Part shown: in pieces, positions 26,591 to 39,100 of the stretch
Layout: every line of letters begins with the position of its first letter
How positions within the stretch are numbered: position 1 is the first letter of the stretch
Assembly: GCF_004010195.1 (NCBI RefSeq)
Contig: NC_057737.1
Span: 1,177,133 to 1,241,132, forward strand
From: Chiloscyllium plagiosum
Lineage: Eukaryota
DNA: 64,000 nt
Direction of reading: 5' to 3'
The notes under the pieces: model-generated
Told to the model about the DNA's origin: nothing
Database searches by the model: none
The model's input: the letters and a program-made list of their open reading frames with translations, nothing else
Translations under genes and position numbers: made by a program

Positions 26591-26857
26591 AGTCGTGGTG
26601 GAGTAGGTCTGTCACTATTGATCAGTTGTAGTCAATCTGAATGTATAGATTCCAGTTGTCTCCAGTGAGGGACGTTAGCAGTAGATTTTCCTTTGATAGT
26701 GAGCTGTACTGAGAGCAGTCAGTTGCTATGGGGGGCAGTGGTATTAAATATCTGTTACTGTTGACAATAGTCTCTCGTGTCTCTTTGAGGAATTGATGGA
26801 CTCTGGTAATCCTGATTTAGAGGATTTCTGCTCACAGCCTGAAAATACAATCAATAC

Positions 26858-29425
26858 ACAGTGCTCCTGCCAGCATTGCTAGAATTGTCCAGTATCCTCC
26901 ATTATTGTGCCTATTTGGGCACTGCCATGTTTTTTAATGGCAGCGTGTTTCACAGTGAGCATGCTCAGAACCTCCCCCATGTACAATGTGAACCTTTGTG
27001 GGGGGTGGTATCAGGATCCACTGGTGATTGTTTAATGAGCTGTGACAGTGTTACTCCTGTGTGTTGACCCAGTCAGTGTTTATCAGGGGCTGGGGAAACG
27101 TTGTGTGTAAACTCAGGGCTGTGTCTTTTACTGCATTCTCTGCTGGTTTCATACAATGTTTAATCCACAGTAATGTCCTTTTGTAGATGTTTAATACAAA
27201 TTCTGGTTTGTATTCACCAAAGCTGTTTAGATCCAAACTCCTTTCTAGGCTAAATTGTGGAGGTGAACCATTACGTGTCACTGATTGGCACACCAGCCTG
27301 TCCCCTTTCTGGGAGAAAACAAGGGGCTGTTTTTGCTAGCTTAAAGTTTTTGCTATACAAATGCAAATTGTTGTTGTTGGCAAAGATTCCAATCTGGAGG
27401 GACTTGGCTGATAGGACTCGGTGTCTGTGAGAAGACGAGGGGGGCACCAGAACTGCCGGATTAGACAGGAAACTCCAGGAATGAATGAGAAATCCCAGTG
27501 GGAATACTGTGAGCCAACAAGGAAGAGAACTACCATCAGGAAAACGGAAAAAGAGAAGGCTTTCCCATAGTGTTTGCCCCTTTAGTTTGGAAGTATTAGT
27601 GTGAGGGGAGGGGAGTTACTGGTAATGTAAGAGGAGGGAATTAAACAATCAGGTCATCAAAAGTGTGTTCTCTTTCTGATTGGCCGCAGAAAGGTTTTAG
27701 ATAAACTCAGAACCTGACTGCAGCCCTTAGCATAAACTCCAACCCCTGACCCCAGGCACTAATCCCGAACCCTGACCAGTAACCCCCGACCACAGGCACT
27801 AAACCCAAACCCTGACCATTAACCCCCGACCCCAGGCACTAATCCCGAACCCTGACCATTAACCCCAGACCACAGGCACTAATCCTGAACCGGGAGTTAC
27901 TGGTAATGTAAGAGGAGGGAATTAAACAATCAGGTCATCAAAAGTGTGTTCTCTTTCTGATTGGCCGCAGAAAGGCCCTAAACCTGAACTCAATCTGAAG
28001 CAATGAGCCTATATCTAATCCTGACCCAAATCCTAAACCTCACTCGAGCCCTTAACCAAACTGAACCCCTGATCTGAACCTTGACCCCAAATCATGGGCA
28101 CTAACCCTGACCCACAGGCACTAACCCAGGGCACAAACCCCTGGATAGCAATGGTAGTGCAGTTTAGTTTGTAGACAGTGATGCCCCCCAGGATGTTGGC
28201 AGTCAAGGTCATGCCATTGAAAATATCAATGGGCGATGGTTAGCTCCCCCATTGTGGGAGATGGTCATTGCCTGGTACCTGTGTTGGGTGAACATTACTT
28301 TGCCTTATCAGGGCAGACCCAACCAACTCTCAAATCTACAAGAGAGCGGCCACAGTGGGGAGGAGTCATCTGGTAATTTTGTGTTACCGTGGTGATAGAA
28401 GACTCCAACATCCTGCAGCCACAGCTGATTGGTCACCTCTTCACGTGACGATGATCAAAAGACAGAGCAGACCTGAGGGACCCAATGGTCTACTCCTACA
28501 ACCGGCTTATTTGTTGCTACCATCCTCATTGAACTGATCTGCCGGGCACCCATTATCTCATTGAGATGCCAAACTGCACTGGCTTAGTGATGAGGGGTGG
28601 GGTAGATTGGGCACACTCGGGAAAGGGGTTCTGACCAAGATGTAGAAACATGTGAGAGACTCAGGTGGAGTCGATACTGAGAGTCTGATCTGACTGCGGA
28701 AATGACAGCATGGCCAGCAGGCCATGATGGGACGGCCATTTCAGACTGAGATCAGCAATCTCTTCTCATTGTTTGCAATTCTTTACCCCAGAAAGCTGTT
28801 AACACGTAGCCTTTGAGTCAAGTCAAGACAGAGTTGGAAAGATGTTTTGGACATGAATGAATTAGAGGGGATGGAATGGGAGGTGGGAGTGAGGTATCAA
28901 AGCCATCAAATAATGAGGATTCAAACACAATCCTCGGGATTCCACTTTGGATCTTGTCAAGTATTAAAGGTGGGAAAAGGTATCAGCTCAGGGTGGAAGG
29001 TCATGTAAGGAACTGTCCTGCAATACACTCAAAGTTAGTGACCCTACCATAAGGAGTTACATGGGATAGGTGGGTTAGATGGGTTGAAGGTTTCTCTGCA
29101 ACTACAGAACAACCCAAGGATACTTGAACAGAAAAGAGAAAACAAATTTTCAAACCACGATTCAGGATTAACATTGGCTGATTTTCAAAGGCCACTTTAT
29201 TGAAAAGGTTTTGATCTAAAACAGGAGAAATGGAGGAGACAGGCTCTAAAAGAATGTACTGATTGAACACAAAACAAACATTAGACAGAATGTGACACTG
29301 ACACCCTCTTGTATTTTCACTGGATTTGATAATCTTTTCTGTTTTGTTGAACTGAGCGGGACAAACAGTGAGGAACAATTCTCAATTCCAGGCTGATACA
29401 GGTGACAGACCCAGATACCCCGACC
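26858..29425. repeat. Right arm of the inverted duplication, with about 282 bp extra near 27695-27975
   Basis: Paired coordinate sums shift from 29144 to 29426 across this insertion, which contains aaccct-type repeats and a local duplicate of about 27612-27694. Confidence 0.97.
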
Positions 29426-29535
29426 CAGATACCCCGACCCAGGTACCCCGACCCAGGGTACCCCGACCCAGATACCCCGACCAGGTACCCCGACCCAGAT
29501 ACCCCGACCCAGGTACCCCGACCCAGGTACCCCGA
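29405..29535. repeat. 16-bp tandem repeat (cccgacccagataccc-type)
   Basis: About 8 copies; its complement forms the first bases of the window. Confidence 0.85.
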
Positions 29536-30174
29536 CTGGTCACCTCATTCAGTTTCATCCACAACTGAGTAAACACAACTTGCATTTGTATAACGCCTTC
29601 GAGATAGTAAAACATTCCACACAATTCACAGGCGTATTGTTCGGCAAATACTCACACACAGCTATAATGAGCTTGGAGACCAGTAGTTCGGACAAAGAGG
29701 CATCTTTTCAGTGGGTTGGGGTGGGGAGGGGGGTAACAGAGTTTGCAAAAAATGCGGGAAGGCTGAGGGAGGGTATGTCAGAGCTCAGAGCCCAAGCAGC
29801 TGATGGAATGGCTACAGGCAATGGAGTCAGTAACGTCAGTGACCAAGGGGCCAAAAGTGCACAGTGCAGAGATCTTGGACGGTTAGTGGGGCTAGACAAC
29901 GTTACAGAGTGATGGAGGGACAAGGCTGTGGAAGAATTGGAAACCAAGGAACCCAACTAAAGGCTACAGCTATTGGAGATAATTCAGGCTTTTAATCAAC
30001 ACACTTATAATTCCGCTCAGTCAAGTGATCTATGCCCCATACATCATACTTGGCCCAGTCACATCTCTCTAGGATTCACTGTGTGTAAGTCACAGCGTCT
30101 AATGCTCCTCTCTCCCCATTTCCCACTTCAATACCCTCCGGCTCCCACTTGTTGGAATAAAAATGCTCCCGGTC

Positions 30175-33100
30175 TCACTCTCTCTGGGTGACATTAGCCC
30201 AGTCGGGGAAGCTGTCCAGATTGAACATGAGTCGACCCCAGGTGTTGATGGCGAGAGTGACACTAGCCACTCCGATGATGTTCAGCACGAGCCCAGCCTT
30301 GACCTGTGGAAAGGGAAAACATCGATTCTGTCACATTGGTTTAAATCTACCCTCAGAAAGTTGGCTACCTTAAAAAAAACATTCCTGATGTTGGGAGGGA
30401 GGGAGCTCGCCGAGATTAGTGCAAGTGCTGGAGTCTGAAAGAAGATCACAATGCACTGGAACAGATAGAGGCCATTCAGCCCCTTCAATCTGTTGGAACG
30501 ATGTAGCACAGACAGACTTTGTTTCACCATTATAGCTGTGCTAGCTCTTGTAGATTACTCCCACTTCTCCACACTTTCCCCATTATCCTGCAATATCTTT
30601 CCCGGAGTATTCACTGGGATATAAATCAATAATATTTCCAATCGCTGAATGTTCAATAACAGAAGGACACAGATTGAAGGTGATTGGCTGAAGATCCAAA
30701 CGGGGAGAGGGGTTTGAAGGTACAAACATTGCAGGGTCGATGGGAACGAGTGCGCACTGGGGCTGGGTGGAGCCCCAAGGAACTCAATGCCTCCTGAAAC
30801 ATTGATTATTCTGTGATTCATTCCTACAGTTTATCTCATTCTGGTTTTGAAAGTTCCTATTAAATCTGCTTTGACCAGACTTCCAAGCAGCCTGTTCGGG
30901 ATCACAACTCATTGTGACAGAAATCCATTCCTCGCCTTACTTTCGGAGCCTTTGTCAAACCTCTGAACTCCCATTACTGAGCCTCGTGCTCCAGACACAG
31001 TCCCTTCCTGTGGAAGCTCTCAGTATTATTCCAACAAGCCTCTCTTGAGCTTCTTTGTTTTTCAGAGAACAACCTCAACTTCCCACATCTCTCCATGTAA
31101 CTGTGAACCCTCATCCCCAGAAACATTTTAATAAAGCTGAGTGCCCTCGCCAAAGCCTTGACATCTCTGCCAGTACCTGGTATCAGACTGGGCACAATAC
31201 ACGGGCACTAACCAGAGGTTTACAAATAAAGCTTGCGATTTAGTGCTTCAGTGCTCTTGTACTCTTTGCCTGTTTTGATTAAGCTGATGTTCTGTCTGCT
31301 TTTTAACAGCTTCCTAACCTGTCCTGTCACTTTGGAAGGTACACCCCTCCCCCAGGTGTCTCGGTGCATGCAGCCACTCTACAACTGGACCATTTAGTTT
31401 TGGTTCCCTCATCTCCTCCTCCCTCCAAAAATACAACACTTCACACTTCTCTGTGTTATCCTGTATCGGCCATGAATCTGCCCATTCCAATCGTCTGTGT
31501 CCTTTCAAAGGCTGCGATTCTCCTCCTCATTGTTTCCTTGTTCCATATCATCGACACATTTTGAAACTGTGCCTGGCAATTTTTGTATTTCCACACGAGG
31601 TGGGCACTGTGAACAAGAGCAGTTTTTGTTGCCTGTTGCTAACTCCCCTGTGAGTAGCTGGTGCTGATCTGCTGCAGGCCATGTGGTCTGGGTATAACCC
31701 ATTGTGCTGTTAGGAAGGCAATTCCAGGATGTTGACCCAGTAACGGTGAAGGAAGGAGGAGATATTTCCAAATCAGGGTGGGATGTACTTTCAATGGGGG
31801 GGTTATACGCAGTAATGTGCACCAAAGGCTAGATCATGAACGTTCTGCAGAAAGAGCAGTGCTCGTGACTCCCAGACAGACCAACGTGTACTCCCTCCAG
31901 CCTGACACACAGCTGCTCATCACTCCATGTTAATTTGTGTGGAGCCATCACACATCTGGCCACAGGCCCCCAAGGACCTGTCCTTCACCTAGAAGCCTAT
32001 CCCATGGAACTTATTCAAATGCCTTATGAAAGTCAGTATACGTAACATGCATCTCATTACCCTCAACAGTCTGAGTTCAATATAGAACTCAATCAATTTA
32101 TTTGATTATAAATTAACTTCAACAAAATCATGACTTTCATTAATGAGCTCATGCTTTCCAAGTACCAATTCTTTTTCTCCCACTTTATTAGTCGGTCTGT
32201 TGTTAAACCCCATTTCCCCATCTTGGCTCCACATCTATATAGAGACAAATAAAAACTGCAGATGCTGGAATCCAAGGTAGACAAGCAGGACAACAAAGAA
32301 CAAAGAAAATTTACAGCCCAGGAACCGACCCTTCGGCCCTCCAAGCCTGAGCCGATCCAAATCCACTGTCTAAACCTGTCGCCCAATTCCTAAGCATCTG
32401 TATCCCTCTGCTTCCCACCTACTCATTCATGCATCTGTCCAGACGCATCTTAAATGAATCTACCATGCCTGCCTCTACCACCTCTGCTGGCAACACGTTC
32501 TAAGCACCTACCACCCTCTGTGTAAAGTTCTTGCCACGTATATCCCTCTTCCAGGAGGCTGGAAGAACACAGCAAGCCAGGCAGCATCAGGAGGTGGAGA
32601 AGTCAATGTTGCGGGTGTAACCCTTCTTCAGGACTCAGGACCTCTCTCCGTTGACTTCTCCGCCTCCTAACGCTGCTTGGCTTGTTGTGTTCTTCCAGCC
32701 TCCTGCTTGTCTACCTCCATTATCTATAAAGGCACTTAACCCAAAAAAATCATTCATTAGTCACAGTGTGGAAATTTCAATTGATCCTCCACATCTCCAG
32801 CTCTCTCGGGTAGTGAGCACTCCCTTTCCTGTCAATGGTTCCTGCTGATTTCACCCCTGAATGGTTTGGGTCCTGTTATCAGACTCTGTCCAGGTTCAGG
32901 ACCCCCAGCAGACAAAATCGTTTCTCTATATCTTCCCTTCCTTTATGATTTGAAGAGGTTGATTTCCAAGTGCCAGTCCAATATGGCCCCTTCCTTCGTT
33001 GGACTATACACACACTGTTTCAAAAAACCCTCCTGGACCCATTTAAATAATTGCTCCCCATCAAAACCCCTGGCAGTAATGAAATCCCAGTTAATATGGG

Positions 33101-36100
33101 AGAAGTTAAATTCACCCACCACAACAATCCTGTTACTTTCACATCTTTCCAGAATTGTACTACATACCTCTTCCTTTATCTCCCACTAGCAGCTGGAAGG
33201 TCTGTAGTACAGTCCCAATACTGTGATTACACTCTTCCTATTCCTAAGCTTACCCATAATGTATCGCTGCAAGATCCCTTCAGTATGTCCTCCCCCCAAC
33301 ACAGCTGTGAGACCGCACTCATAACAGTAATGCAACTCTCACACCTCGTTTGCTTCCTCCTCTGTCTTGTCGAAAACATCACTATCCCAGAACCCTGCGG
33401 AGCACTGACATACAGAGGGATCTGGGCATACAGGTCGACAGATCCCTGAAATTGGCAATACAGATGGCTAAGGTGGTCAGGAAGGCATACAGCACGCTTG
33501 CCTTCATTGGCCAGGACGTCAAATATAAAAGCTGGCCAGTTATGGTACAGCTATACAAAACTTTAGTGAGGTCACATTTGGAATACTGTGTGCAGTCCTA
33601 GTTGCCACACTACCAGAAGGACCTGGATGCTTTGGAAAGGTGCAGAGAAGGTTTACCAGAATGTTGTTTGGTCTGGAGGGTTTTGGTTATGAGGATAGGT
33701 TGGATAAACTCGGATTATTTTCACTGGAAAATGGAGGCTGAGGGGCCAGCTGATAGAGGTCTACAAAATTATGAGAGGCATAGATAGGGTGGATAGTCAA
33801 AGGCTTTTCCCCAGGGTGGAAAGGTCAATTCCAAGGGGGCAGAGGTTCAAGGTGAGAGAGGGAAAATGTTTCACACAGAGGATGGTGGGTGCTTGGAACA
33901 GTTTGGCAGTGGAGGTGGTGGAAGCAAGCATGTCAGCACAGTTAAGGTGTATTGTTATAGACATGTGAACAGGAGGTGAACAGAGGGATAGATATCATAT
34001 ATGGGCAATAAGTAGTGGGTCTAAGTAAGCATTAGGAATTGGCGCAGGCTTGATGGGCCGAAGGGCCTGTTCCTGTGCTGTATTGTTCTTTGTCCTGTTG
34101 ATAGGATTCAATGGTCTTTCTCTCACTTTTGCGGAAGTTGTGTTACTCCGACGTGATACCAGATAACCGTCTGAAGGTATTGGCTCTTCAGAAACGGACC
34201 TAACACTTTGAACTGACAATTTTAGCCACCTCCAGAATCCCAACAGCCAATGGTCCCTGGGACAAAACCAACATGGCACTGCCTGACCAAAATGGATGGT
34301 CATTGTGCACAGGAATTAGGAAAGTCTATTTATGTGGTTCCATTACTGATATTTATCAGTACTTTTTGTTAAATTGAATCTGCTATGAATGTGCCCATTT
34401 CGCCAGTCTATGTTCTTCAGAAATCTGTGAATATCTTCTTGTTTGTTGGCATTGGAGAGTCAATAACGAGGGGTCAACAATTTAAAATTGTCACTTGGAC
34501 AGTAAGAGGGGACATTAGCTCGAATGTCTTTCTGGAAGGTATTTTGGATTGTGGAATGTTAGAGTACTTGTGTTGGGGATCAATAGCAAGCCTTCAGGGG
34601 AATGTGGCTAGGAATCTGACAAAATTCTCACAAAAAGGAGGATAGCGGCATTTGTTTTCTTTGCTGACAGTCAAGTGCTGGCAAATGGAATTAGTGCACC
34701 CCTGTAGTCAGGGGGTTGGATTGCACCAGACTCGATGGGCTGAAGAGTCTTTTTCTGTGTTTAGACCTCTATGGTTTCGAGCCAGTACAGACAGGTTGTG
34801 CTGAATGGCCACCTGTCCTATAAATGTCAGTGGGTTGGACATTGGACAGTCCAAGCAGCCAATGTGGCCGAGCGTGCCAGTGATTATCTCTGATTACACA
34901 ACCAATCCAGAGGCTGCAGGAACATATAAACTGAGGCAGCAACTTCAAACTATTCAAGGATCAATGGCTTCAGTGTTGAACAGCAAGATGTCTCCAGCCT
35001 TTGTCTCTATCTGTCTCTCAGAACAGGAACCAGATTAGGCCATTTGGCCCCTCAAGCCTGCTCCACCACTCAGTACAATCATAGAATCCCCACAGTGTGG
35101 AAGCAGGCCATTCAGCCCATCGAGTGCACATGCTTATTCAGTTTGGGAATTAGCTTCACTTTCCTGGCTTTTCCCATCGCCCTCCACTCCTCTGCCAATC
35201 AAAATACTCACCATATCGAAGACCCTGAGGTGACCGTAGGAGAACACTATGGCATTGGAGGGTGTAGCAACAGGCAACATGAAGGCAAAGGAAGTGCTTA
35301 AAGTGGTCGGGATCATCACGTACAGAGGATTCATCCGGATGGTGGTGGCCTGAATTGGAAAGATTGAGAGAGAGGGACAAGTTAGCAAGGAGGAGGCGCT
35401 GACACATTCGGTCTGTGTTTGTTTTTTCGGATGGCAGCGCACTGGAATACATTTTGATGAACAGTCATTAAAATCAGTCTTTATTAGACTCAGCGTTTCA
35501 TGTTATCATGCACAGCACAGAGGGAGCCAATCAGCTTTATGCTGTTTACCCATGGAGCTAATCAATCAGTTCCACTCCCGTTTGAAGTCCCCGTCTATAT
35601 TGCCAATCCTACACCAGCACTGAATCCCAAAAAAACCCCAGGGCTGCCTCCCGAATAGCATGGTGTGTCCATCTACAGTACATATCCTGCAATGGGCCAA
35701 GGATGGGGGTCACCATTTACTCAAGGCCAGACAGAGGTTTGTAACATACCAGCTGTTCTAGTCAGTAGTGCTTACATTCTAATGAAAAACATAACTATTC
35801 TAAAAAAATAAATCTTCACCATGAATTAGTATATCAAATTTAACCGGCTCTGAATGATGGACAAGGCTCAAGGGGCCGAATGGCCTTTTGGATGAAGCTG
35901 AAGTCTCTCTAAGGATCCACTGGCTCCCTTTAATGAGGGAGAATGATGATGGTCAGTGATCCCTCCCTCAATCTGAAGCTGCTCAAATCAAATGAATCGC
36001 AACATTTGTCCCATTGTCCCCTCAATAAGAAGTATAGTGTACCATTTTGGATGCTGTTGGGGGCAACGACCTACCAGGGGAAAGCCACAGCGGCCAGGTT

Positions 36101-39100
36101 TCTGGCACTGAACCTGGCTCTGTGGCTCAGAAGGGAAGGGGGGGAAGAAGGGAAGTGCAATAGTGATAGGCGATTCAATGGTGATGTGGATCATTGGGAT
36201 ACTTCTGAGGAAGGTGGGACCTGTACAAGAAGGATGGGTTGCACCAGAACTGGAGGCACCAATATCCTGCGCAGGAGGTTTGTTCGACCTCTTCAGAAGG
36301 GTTTAAACTAGGTGGTAGGAACTGGATCTGAGGATGGTGTAGCTGGTGAATAACTAGATACAGCATATAGGGGGACTGTGAGGAGGGATAGACAGTTGAC
36401 AGGTAAAGTTGCAGCCAGTGTGATGTTTGAAGTATGTCTACTTTAATGCAAGAAGTATCAGAAATAAGGGTGATGAACTTAGAGCATGGATCAGTACTTC
36501 GAAATATGATGTTTTGGCCATTACAGACACTTGGATATCAAACAGGCAGGAATATTTGTTAGATATTTTAAAAGAAATGGGGGGGGGGAAGAGATGAAAG
36601 AGCAGCAGGTGTAGCATTCCTAATCAGGGATAGTATCACAGTTGCAGAAAGGGAGGCCGTCAAAGAGGGTTTGTCGACAGAGTCAGTATGGGTGGAAGTC
36701 AGGAACTGGAAAAGAATAGTCACTTTATTGGGAGTTTTCTACAGACGCCCCAATAGCATCAGAGACACAGAGGAGCAGATTGGGAGGGAGATTTTAGAAA
36801 GGTGCAGAAGTAACAGGATTGTTGTCATGGATCATTTTAACTTCCCTAATATTGATTGGAACCTCCTTAGTTCAAATAGTGTGGATGAAGCAGTTTTTGT
36901 CAGGTGTGTCCAGGAAGGATTCCTGACTCAATATGTAGATAAGCTGACTACAGGGGAGGCCATACTGGACTTGGTGCTTGGCAACGAACCAGGCCAGGAG
37001 TCAAATCTCTCGGTGGGAAAGCATTTCGGTGATAGTGATCACAACTCCCTGACCTTTACTATAGTCATGGAGATGGACAGGAGCAGACAGTATGGCAAAA
37101 TATTTAATTGGAGAAGGGGGAATTACAATGGTATTAGGCAGGAACTGGGGTGCCTCAATTAGGAACAGATGTTCTCAGGAAAATGCAGGACAGAAATGTG
37201 GAGGTTATTTAGGGGAGCACTTGTTGATTGTGCTGGATAGGTTTGTCCCACTGACGCAAGGAAGGATGGTAGGGCGAAGGAACCTTGCGTGACAAGGGAT
37301 GTAGAACATCTAGTCAAGAGGAAGAAGGAAGCTTACTTAAGGTTGAGGAGGCAAGGATCAGACAGGACTCTAGAAGGTTATAAGGTAGTCAGGAAGGAAC
37401 TGAAGAATGGATTTAGGAGAGCTAGAAGGGAGCATGAAAAAGCTTTAGCAGGTAGGATTGAGGAAATCCCTAAGGCATTCTACACTTATGTGAGGAACAA
37501 GAGGATGGCCAGAGTGAGGGGAGGGCCGATCAGGGATAGCGGAGGGGACTTGCACCTGGAGTCAGAGGAGGTAGGGGAGATCCTTAATGAATACATTGCT
37601 TCAGTTTTCACGACTGGGAGGGACCTTGACGATTCTGCAGACAGTGTGAAACAGACGGATGGGCTACACCATGTTGATGTTAAGAAGGAGAATGTGCTGA
37701 AAAGTTTGAAAAACATAAGGATAGATCAGTCCCCTGGGCCAGATGGGATATACCCAGGGTTACTCCAGGAAGCGAGGGAAGAGATTGTTGTGCCTTTGGT
37801 GATGATCTTTGCGTCCTTACTGTCCACTGGAGTAGTGCCAGATGATTGGAGGGTGGAAAATGTTATTCCCTTGTTCAAGAAAGGGAATAGGAATAATCCT
37901 CGGAATTACAGACCAGTCAGTCTTACATCGATGGTGGACAAAGTATTGGAGAGGATTCTGAGAGATAAGATTTATGATTACTTGGAAAACCGTAGTTCGA
38001 TTAGCAGATAGTCAGCATGGCTTTGAGAGGGGCAGGTCATGCCACACAAACCTTAATGAATTCTTTGATGATGTAACAAAACATGTTGATTAAGGTAGAG
38101 CAGTGGATGTGGTATACATGGATTTTAGCAAGGCATTTGATAAGGTTCCTCTTGGTAGGCTCATTCAGAAAGTAAGGAGGCATGGATACAGAATTGACTG
38201 ACCCGTAGAAGACAGAGGGTGGCAGTAGATGGAAAGTATTCAGCCTGGAGCTCGGTGACCAGTGGTGTTCCGCAGGGATTGGTTACAGGACATCTGCTCT
38301 TTGTGATTTTTATAAATGACTTGGAGAAGGAAGTGGAACAGTGGGTTAGTAAAGTTTACCGATGACACGAAGGTTGGTGGAGTGGTGGTTAGTGTGGAGG
38401 GCTGTTATAGGTTTCAACGGGAAATTAACAGGATGCAGAATTGAGCTGATAAGTGGCAGATGGAGTTCAACCTGGAAAAGTGTGAAGTCATTCACTTTGG
38501 AAGGTCGAATTTGAATACAGATTACAGGGTTAAAGGCAGGATTCTTGGCAGCATGGAGGAACAGAGGGATCTTGGGGTCAATGTCCAAAGATCCCTCAAA
38601 GTTGCCACCCAAGTTGATAGGGTTGTTAAGAAGGTATATGGTGTGCTGGCTTTCATTAGCAGTGGGATTGAGTTTAAGAGCCGTGAGGTTATGCTGTAGC
38701 TCTACAGAGCCCTGGTTAGACCCACACTTGGAATATTGTGTTCTGTTCTGATCGCCTCATTATAGGAAGGATGTGGAAGCTTTAGAGAGGGTGCAGAGGA
38801 GATTTACCAGGATGCTGCCTGGACTGGAGGGCATGTCTTATGAAGGAAGGTTGAGGGAGCTAGGGCTTTTCTCATTGGAGTGAGGAATGGTGAGAGGTGA
38901 CTTGATGGAGGTGTACAAGATGATGAAAGGCATAGATAGAGTGGATAGACAAAGGCTTTTCCCCAGGGCAGAAATGTCTATCATGAGGGGGCATAACTTT
39001 AAGGTGATTGGAGGAAGGTTTAGGGGAGATGTCAGTGGCAGGTTCTTTACACAGAGAGCGGTGGGTGCTTGGAATGCACTGCCAGCGGTGGGAGTAGTCA

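Noticed and set aside
36671-38011. Possible intact autonomous retrotransposon
   Set aside because: CR1 ORF2 is broken by stops, frameshifts and deletions, and ORF1 is largely deleted.
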